A stretch of DNA of 20,000 nucleotides, taken from positions 5,818,434-5,838,433 of the forward strand of contig NC_057758.1 of assembly GCF_004010195.1 (NCBI RefSeq), read 5' to 3'. Shown piece by piece: positions 10,370-19,850 of the stretch (within the stretch, counting starts at the first letter, position 1; each line of letters begins with the position of its first letter). The translations under genes and the position numbers were made by a program. The notes under the pieces are model-generated. The model was not told the origin of the DNA. It was given only the letters and a program-made list of their open reading frames with translations, and made no database searches. The stretch is from Chiloscyllium plagiosum. Taxonomy: Eukaryota.

Positions 10370-13130
10370 CTAACCGGCACTATTCTGTGTACGTCCATAC
10401 GTTTGTTCAATGACGATTTAAATGTACTTAAAGTTGGTGAAAGTACTACCGTTGCAGGCAAAGCATTCCATACCCTTACTACTCTCTGAATAAAGAAACT
10501 ACCTCAAACATCTGTCCTAGATCTATCCCCTCAATTTAAAGCTATGCCCCATCGTGCTCGCCGTCACCATACTTCGAAAAAGGCTCTCCCTGTCCACCCT
10601 ATCTAACCGTCAGGTCATCTTATATGTCTCTGTTAAGTAACCTCTCAACCTTCTTCTCCCCAACGAAGACAGCATCAAGTCGCTCAGCCTTTCATCCTAA
10701 GACCTTCCCTCCATACCAGGCAATATCCGAGTAAATCTCTTCTGCATCATTTCCAAAGCTTCCACATCCTTCTTGTAATACGGTGACCAGAACTGTCCAC
10801 AATACTCCACGTGCAGCCGCACCAGAGTTTTGTACAGTTGTAGCATAACCTCATGGTTCCGGAACTCGATCCCACTATCAATAAAAGCTAAAACACTGTA
10901 TGCCTTCTCAAGAATCCTGTCAAACCGGGTGGCAACCTTTAAGGTTCTGTGTACCTGGACGTCGAGATCTCTTTGTTCAGCGACACAACGAAGAATCTCA
11001 CCATTAGCCTAGTAATTTGCATTCCAGTTACTCCGACCAAAGTGAATCACCTCACACTTGTCCGCATTGAACTCCAATTGCCAGTTCTCAGCCCAGCTCT
11101 GCAGCTTATCTATGTCTGTCTGTAACCTACAACATCCTTCGTCACCATCCACAACTCCACCAAACTTCGTGTCGTCTGCAAATTTACGAACGCATCCCTC
11201 TCCTCACTCATGCAGGTCGTTTTTAAAAATGACGAACAGCAGTGGACCCAACACCGATCCTTGCGGTACACCACTAGTAACTGGACTCCAGGATGAGCAT
11301 TTCCCATCAACAACCACCCTCTGTCATCTTTCAGCAATCCAATTACTGATCCAAACTGCTATATCTCCAACAAGACCATTCCTCCGCATTTTGTACAACA
11401 GCCTACTGTGGTGAACCTTATCGAACGCCTTGCTGAAATCCATATACACCACATCAACCAGTTTACTCTCATCTACCTGTTTGGTCACCTTCTCAAAGAA
11501 CTCAATGAGGTTTGTGAAGCACGACCGATCCTTCACAAAACTGTGCTGACTATACCGAATCAAATTATTGTTTTCTTGATGATTATAAATCCTATCTCTT
11601 ACAAACGTTTCCAACACTTTACCAACATTTGAAGTAAGGCCCACTGGTCTATAATTACCAGGATTATCTCGACTCCGCTTTTTGTTCAGGGGAACCACAT
11701 TTGCTAACCTGCAGTCTTCTGGCACTGTTCCTGTCGAAAATGACGATTTAAATATCAATACCAAAGGCTCGGCAATCTCCTCCCTGGCTTCCCAGAGGAT
11801 CCTAGGATAAACCCCTTCCACCACAGGGGACTTATCTATTTTTACACTGTGCAGGATTTTTAATATCTCTTCCTTGTGAACCACAATCCCACCGAGTCTC
11901 GGAGCCTGTATCTCCGCATTCTGCTCGACAATATTGTCGCTTTCTGGATTGAACACTGTCTGAAAGTATTCATTTAGTGCTTCCCTTATCTCCTCTGACC
12001 CCCACACACAACTTCCAACTATTATCCTTGATTGGCCCTAATCTTACTCTCGTCATTCTTTTATTCCTTAAATAGCTATAGAAAGCCTTACGGTTCACCC
12101 TGATCCTATCTGCCAACAACTTCTCATGTCTCCTCCTGGCTCTTCTGAACTCTCTCTTTAGGTCTTTACTGGCTACCTTGTAACCCTCAAGCGCCCGAAC
12201 TGAGCCTTTACATCTCATCCTCACATCAGACTTGTTCTTCCTCTTGACCAGAGATTCCACTTCCTTCATTCACCACGGCTCCCGCGCTCTACAGCGTCCT
12301 CCCTGCCTGACAGGTACGTACTTATCTCGGACACTCAGGAGCTTTTTCTTGAATAACCTCCATATTTCTAATGTGCCTACCCCCTGCAGTATCCTTCCCC
12401 ATCCAATGCTTCCTAAATTTTGCCTAATCGCATTTTAATTGCCTTTCTCTCAGCTATAACTCTTGCCCAGTGGTATACACATACCCCTTTCTATCACTAA
12501 AGTAAACATAACAGAATTGTGATCGTTATCACCAAAGCGCTCACCTACTTCCAAGTCTAAAACCTGGCCAGGCACATTACCCAGTATGAAATCTAATGTG
12601 GCTACGCCCCTTGTTGGCCTGTCTACATACTGTGTCAGGAAGTGCTCGTGCACACTCTGGACAAAAACTGACCCATCGATAGTATTGTACTATCGTGTTC
12701 CCAGTCAATATTTGGAAAGTTGAAATCCCTCATGAAAACTACTCTGTTTCTCTCACTCCTATCGACAATCATCTTTGCTGTCCTTTCCTCTTCACCTCTG
12801 GAACTATTCGGACGCCTATACAAAACTCCCAACAGGGTGACCTCTCTTTTCCTGTCTCTAACATCAGCCCATACTACCTCAGTTTACGAGTCCTTTTGCA
12901 ATTGTAATACAGTCCTTGAAAAAAAATGCCACACCTACCCCTCTTTTACCATCTTCTCTGTTCTTAATGAAACATATAAATTCTGGAACCTGCAACAACC
13001 ATGCCTGTCCCTGCTCTATCCATGTCTCTGAAATGGCCACAACTTCGAAGTCCCAGGGACTAACCCATGCTGCAAGTTCACCCACCTTATTCCGGATGCT
13101 CCTGGCGTTGAAGCAGACACACTTCAAACC
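10370..13130 (-). pseudogene. CR1 ORF2 (APE endonuclease + reverse transcriptase), frameshifted
   Basis: [97 protein letters not shown] (FADD at 11171-11182), spread over at least six broken ORFs. Confidence 0.95.
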
Positions 13131-13243
13131 AACTTCTTGCTTTCTGGTGCCATCGTGCGTACATGAAACTTGATTTCGGACCTCCGTACTCTCAACCTTT
13201 TCTATACTCGAACTACAATGTTGGTTCCCCTCCACCTGCTGGA

Positions 13244-14005
13244 TTAGTTTAAACCTACCAGAATAGCCTTAGCAAATCCCCCCCAAGCACATTGGTACCC
13301 CTCTGTTTCAGATGAAGACCATCCTGCTTGTAGTGGTCCCACCTACCCGAGAAAGAGCCCCAATTATCCAAAAATCAAAAACCCTCCCTCCTGCACGATC
13401 CCTGGAGCCACGTGCTTATGTGGAATACGACATGTGGCTGCTCCCCCTCCCCGTTAAGGATCCCAAAAACACGATCAGAGACATCAGGAACCCTGACACC
13501 TGGGAGGCAACACACCAACCATGAGTCTCTCTCGTCCCGACAGAACCTCCTGTCTGTCTCTCTAACTATGGAGTCCCCAATGACTACTTCTCTGCTCCTC
13601 TTCCCCTTCCCTTCTGAGCAGCGGGGACAAACCCTGTGCCAGAGCCCTATGTCCCACTGCTTTCCCCTGGTAAGTCGACAATCCCAACAGTATCCAAAAC
13701 GGTATACTTATTGTTGAGGGGAATACCTCCACTGCCTGCCGGTTGTCTTTCCGCCCCCTGATTGTAACCCATCTGCCTTTTTCTTGTAACTGAGGAGTGA
13801 CTACCTCCCTGTAACTCCTCTCAATAAACCCCTCTGCCTCCCGAATGATCCGAAGTTGATCCAGCTCTGGCTCCAGTTCTCTAACACGATTTTCGAGGAG
13901 CTGGAGTTGGGTGCACTTCCCGCAGATGTCGTCAGCAGGGACACTCGTGGTGACCCTTACCTCCAACATTCTGCAGGAGGGACATTCAACTGCCCGCACC
14001 TCCAT
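13244..14005 (-). pseudogene. CR1 ORF1 (CxxC..CxxC zinc finger, leucine zipper, SGNH/GDSL esterase), disrupted
   Basis: MEVRAVECPSCRM...ICGKCTQLQLLENRVRELEPEL; VVIGDSIVR (GDS at 13570-13578); CCLPG; DGLH (13312-13323); frameshift at ~13720, in-frame TGA at ~13375, TAA at 13244-13246. Confidence 0.9.
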
Positions 14006-14189
14006 TCCCAGTATTCTAAATTCCCAAAGAGACTGTTGAAAAATAAGGAATAAAAATAAACTCGTTACCGTACCAATCTGGCGCACATGCCCTTTTTTTT
14101 TGCTTAGAGAAGGAGGACGACTGGCAGACACGACCCGACTAATGCTTTGGGTAATGCAACCACACAAATGTACGACTTCCCAAATGTCG

Positions 14190-14562
14190 TTCGCTCCTCC
14201 CTCGTACCTCTCAGCAAATGGAGGCCCGACTCACGAGGTAAGTCTCTTTTAATGCTGGAAAGTCCTCCCTTTTCGGCAGCCCTCGCTTCCCCACACCTTC
14301 TCTCCTCGCCAATCTGGCAAAATGGAGGCCCGACACCCGAGGAATGTACCTTTTAAAGCGGGAAAACCTACCCTTTTCGGCAGCCCTCGCATCACCACAC
14401 CTTCTCTACTCGCCGCTCTGGCAAAATGGTGGCCCGACTCCCGAGGTAAGTCCCTTTTAATGCGGGAAAAGGTATCCTTCTCGGCAGCCCTCGCTTCACC
14501 ACTCCTTCTCTCCACGTCGCTCTGGCAAAATGGAGACCCGGCCCCGAACTAAGTCCCTTTGA
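14190..14562. repeat. GC-rich tandem repeat, 104-bp period, ~3.6 copies, forming the LINE 5' end
   Basis: GGCAGCCCTCGC starts at 14275, 14379, 14483; ATGG of AAATGG(A/T)G(G/A)CCCG at 14218, 14322, 14426, 14530. Confidence 0.95.
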
Positions 14563-14760
14563 AATCATCTCTGTACATTATAAACAATTGTGATTTCAAC
14601 ACTGATCCCTGAGACACATTTCGGCACTGATTACGAACGAGTAAAGCCTCAATTTATCCTTACTCTTTACTTGGTGTTAGTTAATCAATCCTGTATCAAA
14701 ACGGAAAAATGTTACGCCACAAATGCAAGACAGATGTCCTTAATTAGAGGAACAACAGAA

Positions 14761-14855
14761 ATGATGAAGGGCTTATGCCGAAAACGCTGACTGTCCTGGT
14801 CTTCCGATGTTGCCTGAAATGCTATGGTTTTTCCAATGCACATTTTTCGATTCTG
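14761..14855 (+). mobile_element. Penelope-like element terminal fragment with degenerate hammerhead motif
   Basis: ATGATGAAGGGCTTATGCCGAAAACGCTGA..CCGATGTTGCCTGAAATGCTATGGTTTTTCCAATGCAC; homologous to 17358-17437 (+) and 19938-19862 (-). Confidence 0.75.
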
Positions 14856-14869
14856 TAATACAGTTGCAT

Positions 14870-16650
14870 CATCCGAGAAGTCCTGAACTTTTAAATTATT
14901 AATTATTTCTGTATCATTACGCAGAATAAGAAGTAGAGTACCTCATTTTCCTTGATGGTTCCTTGTATACTGTTCAAGGACACTATCGCATGGATTCAGT
15001 GAACACACTCTCAAATCTTCCATGACCGTCTTGTTTCGACCAATCAATATATCGATTAAAATCCCCATGATAATTGTCGTGACATTTTTTACATCCATGA
15101 TTAATTTCTTTGTTTGTTGCCTGTCCCACCATGATGTTATTATTTAGTGGTCGAGGGACTCGACTATCAGTGACTTTTCCCACTTAACGTATAAATTTCC
15201 ATTCACACTGATTCAACCTTTTTTCTTCACAGAACCCATATCGCGTCTCACTACCCTTTGATGTCATTCTTAAATATCAGACATAAACGACATCCGTTTC
15301 CTTCCAGTTTGTCATTCCGAATAATTTGATAACCCCGGATATTTAACTCCCAGTCATGACTATTCTCTAACAACGTCTGTGCAAAAGCCAATAAACCATA
15401 TACATTCACGACCATTCGTGATGTGAACTGACTTACCTTGTTTCGAACGCTGCAACCATTCAGTTAAAATGCTCCTATGCTTTTTAAATACATTCTGTTT
15501 GAATCGTAACACCTCCATCAGAAGAGCCTTCACGTTTGTGTATTCTGTGTTGTTCTTTCACGCTCTGGTTTCCATTCAGTTTCGTGCTACCCACAGCTGC
15601 TTCTAACATTTTTAATTTCAAATCTTAATTCCCTTTTAACTTGGACCATTCACCCACTTTAGACAACTCAGAGCCTTCCCTTCATTTTCCATCCCTTTGC
15701 CAAACTAGTTTATAGTCCTCCCAACTGTCCAGGCAAAACCACCCGCAAGGATATTGGATCAATCAATCTTTGAGTGAAGATCATCCCTCTTGTACAGGTT
15801 CCACTTTCCCCAAAGGTGAGCCAAATTATTCGGAAATCTAAAGCCCTCCTTCGGTAGTTACTCCTCCAGGCAGGCATTAAACTGCCTAAACGTCCAATTC
15901 CGAGACTCCATGGCACGTGGCAAAAAGTAGAATCGCGAATATTATTATGTTTGAGGTTCTGGCTTTCGAGCTAACTCCTATCAACATAACTTCATCGTTC
16001 AGGACCTCATTGCTCTAATTATTTATGCCGTTGGTACCAGGGACAATGAGCTGGTTCCCTTCCCGCCCCGAAAATCTTCTGAAGTCAATCGGGAACTTGC
16101 AGGAACAATGCACAATCGATGCATCACGCCATTCTGTGTTGATTGGTGTGGCCACAGAAGAACCTCTCACTTTCTCTAAGGATTAACTTTCCTATCACTA
16201 TAGCTCTATCTGCCTACTTCTGCCACACTGTGCAACTGAGCGTTCTGAAATGCTATACATGTTACTTCAGCTGAAATTTCCTCAGGCATAATCACCGTCA
16301 CGAGAATTGAACACAGACGACTGGTTGGCTGCTTGTATGGCCTGAGGGGAATCTTGCTCTACTTGCCTCAAAATATTCTTGCATGTGACAATTACCCATA
16401 TCCCATTGTTTTGAACACTTTAATACCCTGGAGTGACCACCACCATGTATGCCTTATCCACCTAATTCTCTTTCTAATATATGCACCCCGGAGTCTCCCC
16501 ACCTCGTTCAAGCTTCATCGTTTGGCGCTGATATTCTGCATCCAAGAGCTCTGATATGTCCCATGTGGAGCATACAATGCCTCAGAATTTCCAGGATTAA
16601 ATTCAAAACTCAACAGTTGATCGGTGTCATACTGCTGCCTAAGACCACCC
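14870..16650 (-). mobile_element. 5' half of an older CR1 LINE (ORF1 esterase + APE), lacking RT
   Basis: APE remnants RPLNNNIMVGQA..HGDFNRYIDWSKQ (14983-15183); ORF1 remnants WGKWNLYKRDDLH..NILAGGFA (~15740-15815) and RAIVIG (~16190-16210). Confidence 0.8.
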
Positions 16651-16799
16651 TTGTCACTTTCAATAAGACCATTAATGTTGTATTGTCTACAATCTTACTA
16701 ATTACTTCTTCAGCATGCACGCATAAATAAATAATTTAATTCACAAACGGCAAGTGTTGCAAATGTACACCATTGATCACAAGCTTCCAAGAACAAAAC

Positions 16800-16955
16800 A
16801 GATATCCATTATTACCCTTTCCCTCCTATTTGGAAGACAATTTGGATCCAGTTTTCCACCTTGCATTGGATTCCATGGGTTCGTATAGTTTGGGCCAGCA
16901 TTCCACGTATGCCAATGATAAAGTCCTCATCAATGAATTTCTTCACCTGTGGCCA
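16800..16955 (-). mobile_element. Small CR1 RT fragment
   Basis: VKKFIDE....GMLAQTIRTHGIQCKVENWIQ is equivalent to CR1 VTKxIDEG...GRLVQKIRSHGIQGELANWIQ. Confidence 0.7.
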
Positions 16956-16959
16956 AATA

Positions 16960-17440
16960 TTGCAAATTCCCCTTCCACCTCCCCCCCCCCCCCTCCCACC
17001 CCCGATTGTATGCCCATTCTGGTCCTCCACAAGGCCAACCAGAACTGGAGGAATAACACCTAATCTTCTGTCTTGACAGTATTTAACCATACAGTCTCAA
17101 CTTTGAATTCAACAGTTTTCAAGTCTCTTTACAAACACAACGCATCGCAGATCCAATCCTCCAACTCGCCACCACCTACGTGAACTGAGCGACGTTATAC
17201 TGCCCACCACCCATTCCACGCAGCCGTTCCACCATTCCGACTGAGCTAACACCATCACCTTATACCTCCCTCCATCTATTGCCATCCCAACTGCATTTCC
17301 TCCAGCCTCACCGCCTCCACAGTTGATATGTCGCACGCCCCTTCCCTCTTCACAGTCCTGACGAAGGAGGCTGCCTGAAATCGACTTTCCTCCTCCTCGG
17401 ATGCTGCGTGACATTCTGTGTTTTTCCCAGCAACACATTT
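16960..17440 (+). mobile_element. Penelope-like element 3' fragment (GIY-YIG C-terminus + terminal repeat)
   Basis: NSPS..MPILVL..LEE*HLIFCLDS..LNFEFNSF resembles the Penelope endonuclease C-terminus (HFNSPSH..MSILGL..LEEQHLIFRLG..GLNIEF); followed by a C-rich tract and the hammerhead-bearing end. Confidence 0.75.
17354..17386 (+). ncRNA. Minimal type I hammerhead ribozyme motif (stem III lost)
   Basis: AGUC-CUGACGA-AGG(AGGCUG)CCU-GAAA-UC-GACU: stem I AGUC/GACU, catalytic core CUGANGA and GAAA, stem II AGG/CCU. Confidence 0.65.
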
Positions 17441-18114
17441 CATTTATTATTATGTATTTGTTTCTGAAATATACAACCATAGCACGATGTAAAAGGCATC
17501 TTGCAATAAAGAGGGTACAATGGTTTTCCTTACTTGTTTGTATCCAGACGCCCTGAAACTGTGAGATATGGAGGCAGAGAAAGGAAACGCTCATGACGAG
17601 ATTTACCGAATGAAATTATCAAATGGAACTTGCATGTTAGAAAATGCAGGACAAAGGTTGCTGTTCTTGTGTGCACCATGGTTCTTTAAATGGTTAGAAA
17701 TCAGAATGATATGACACACTGTCTTCGCTCTTCTTTTTCACAGTACCATCCGCTCTATCGGGAGTCTGTACAGTATCTCTTCAACTCTGAAGCAGTAATG
17801 TGGTTCACCGAAACTGCAGATCATATCAATATTGGAACACAATTTTTTTGTTGGCCTTTTTGGCAAATATCATTGGATGACGACAAATGTCAAAGTCGAG
17901 TCAATTTTATATTGACATACACAAAGGGAACAAAATGAAAAAATGAGACTTGCGGCCACTCACGTGCTAAGCTTCAAATGAAATATATAATAATTGAGCT
18001 AACAGTTTTGTTTTCTGAGAAAAAGCACATCAGTGTAATCAGGGTAAATTCCACCATGAAATGAATGCAGCCAGTTTACTGCTTCTGGACGAATCATCCG
18101 TTTTTCCAACATGT

Positions 18115-18120
18115 TTTATT
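18115..18120 (-). promoter_or_regulatory. Candidate polyadenylation signal (AATAAA) for the GPCR transcript
   Basis: TTTATT on + strand ~390 nt downstream of the GPCR stop codon; region is AT-rich so it may be chance. Confidence 0.35.
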
Positions 18121-18511
18121 CTATTCATTAAAAGTTGACAATTCATTAATGAAATGGATTTTAAACACTTGCACAAGCAATGATATTACAGAGATATCTA
18201 CATTACGTATATTATATGAATATATCGCTGCCGGCCTGACGTATGACAAGCTGATTCCGAATCAGTAAAAGCACCATGCAGCAGCGATAAATATAACAAA
18301 GGCTAAACAGTGCAATGTGGAACAAAAGTAGAAACAAACTGACAATAGTTTGAATGACTGAATAAGGACAATTGTAGCTTCATTAAACATTCTTATATTA
18401 ACACTTTCTGCATGGAGTTTTAAGAAATGCTCCATTTCAAGTGGGACAGTGTTTGATGTGCCTATGCAGAGTTGATGCTGCAATATAAGCGGCAGTACAC
18501 GTTGAATTACC

Positions 18512-19428
18512 TCATTTCCACATTTTAAATATTTTTTCGAATGGACTCAGTGGATATTTCAACCAACTCTGCAACTCAGCTCTTATTTTACTCTGTGTTC
18601 CTGCATAAATAAAAGGGTTTATGCAGGAACTCAATAACTGAAGCATGTATCCGCATTGTTGAAGAATAAAGATGGGATCATTTTCATCTGAACCTGAGGA
18701 ATATGTGACATTCGCTATTCGGACATAGAGGATCATTACAACAAATACCAAATATAGCAGAATGAAACTGCCCGAGATGGCAAACAGTAAAACAATGGAC
18801 TTCCTTCGCTTCTCCATCTCTGGGTCACCATGATTCTCTCCATTCCTCTGGGACCGCAGCCTCCTGCGAGATGCATTGGCTGCAAGAATGTGTCTGACGG
18901 TTAATGCATTGAGAAGCAAAATCAGGATGAATGGGAGACAAGGTGTTAAAATTGATCGAATGCAGTCGTATGCAGCCCATGCCAAGGATATATAGTATAT
19001 TGACTTTACAGCACAGAACCAGGGTAGATTGTTAATAATGTATACAGGTTCATACATAAAATATTTGGCGATATTTTTTCCACAAGACAGTGCTGACACA
19101 ATTCCTATTACCCATGCTGCCATCTTCTCAGTGCAATATTTAATTTTCAGCTTCTGGCAACAAATGGCAACAAAACGATCAAAGGTGAAAGCCACAGTTA
19201 ACCAGACAGAACTGTCAATGGCTGCAAAATTTACAGCTGCACGAAAACTGCAAATGGGTGTGATAGAGAGGAAGGTGAATGGGAAATAAAGTCCAGCGAT
19301 CCTATTTAATATCACAATCGTGACTAAAACCAGGAGATCAGTCGCCGCCATAGACATTAGATAATAAGTCATACATCCTGAGAGACCGCATCTTCTTCGC
19401 AATAGTATGATAATTATTGCCAAGTTAG
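18512..19428 (-). CDS. Class A (rhodopsin-like) GPCR, GPR139/GPR142-like; terminal coding exon (end of TM1 to stop)
   Basis: Open 304-codon frame with TM1 N (ANL), TM2 MAATDLLVL, TM3 C...FTFDRF, ECL2 Cys (WFCAV), TM5 PCLPFILILLLN, TM6 FAISGSFILLY, TM7 SSCINPFIY and helix 8; preceded by polypyrimidine tract and acceptor CCTTTGTCTTGCTCCTTATTTCTGTTACAG (AG at 19430-19429), phase 1. Confidence 0.92.
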
Positions 19429-19460
19429 CTGTAACAGAAATAAGGAGCAAGACAAAGGTT
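19429..19460 (-). promoter_or_regulatory. 3' splice site (polypyrimidine tract + CAG) of the GPCR intron
   Basis: Minus strand AACCTTTGTCTTGCTCCTTATTTCTGTTACAG|CTAACTTG, immediately before the conserved TM1 Asn. Confidence 0.8.
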
Positions 19461-19806
19461 TTACTGTTTTCACTCTTTGTTTTACAGGACATTATATGGT
19501 TTCCAATGCTTAAAGACATGATCTGATTTGTTAAACAAAGTATTATTTGAGGGACAATTCATAATGCTTCTATACAAGAATTTGTGGAGAACATAAATAA
19601 TTGTCAGCAAAATAACAAAATAATCAGTTTTATGAGACTGAACTGAGAACAGCATGCGTTCAAAAAATGCTAGACATAGAATTCAAGATGGCAGCCTCAC
19701 ATTCACATGAAAAGTTTCTCACAACCAATGAAAAACAGAGGATATGCGAACATAAGATAAAGGAACAAGCATAGGTTACCTAGCATTGTAAAACTATTCA
19801 AACACC

Positions 19807-19849
19807 AAGTAAAGTTGCAGTCCATCTGATTTTAACTGCAACTTTACTT
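19807..19849. repeat. Perfect 15-bp inverted repeat with 13-nt loop
   Basis: AAGTAAAGTTGCAGT (19807-19821) and ACTGCAACTTTACTT (19835-19849) are exact reverse complements. Confidence 0.95.
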
Positions 19850-19850
19850 T

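Larger units (their letters stand above)
10294..14573 (-). mobile_element. Near full-length CR1-clade (HER1-like) LINE, inactive
   Basis: 5' tandem monomers (14190-14562), ORF1 (14005-13244), ORF2 APE-RT (~13130-10370), 3' stem-loop AGGCC-GAAG-GGCCT (10330-10317) and tail; candidate degenerate TSD TACAGTATATACAA (10280-10293) / TACATTATAAACAA (14574-14587), 12/14 identical. Confidence 0.95.

Noticed and set aside
11324..12007. 227-aa ORF as a functional or domesticated reverse transcriptase
   Set aside because: It is a fragment between frameshifts and lacks the in-frame FADD motif.
14190..14562. CRISPR-like array
   Set aside because: Whole 104-bp units are similar with no unique spacers; eukaryotic context, no cas genes.
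1..14573. Large inverted repeat formed by the two same-family LINEs as a functional structure
   Set aside because: Copies are diverged, independently inserted and separated by an unsized scaffold gap, so adjacency and orientation are uncertain.
19029..19289. Plus-strand 86-aa ORF
   Set aside because: Antisense shadow of the GPCR exon.
19429..19519. ORF-track N-terminus (MSLSIGNH...LISVT) as the true GPCR start
   Set aside because: It overlaps a strong polypyrimidine tract/CAG acceptor right before the TM1 Asn and does not resemble a full TM1; more likely intron that happens to be open.
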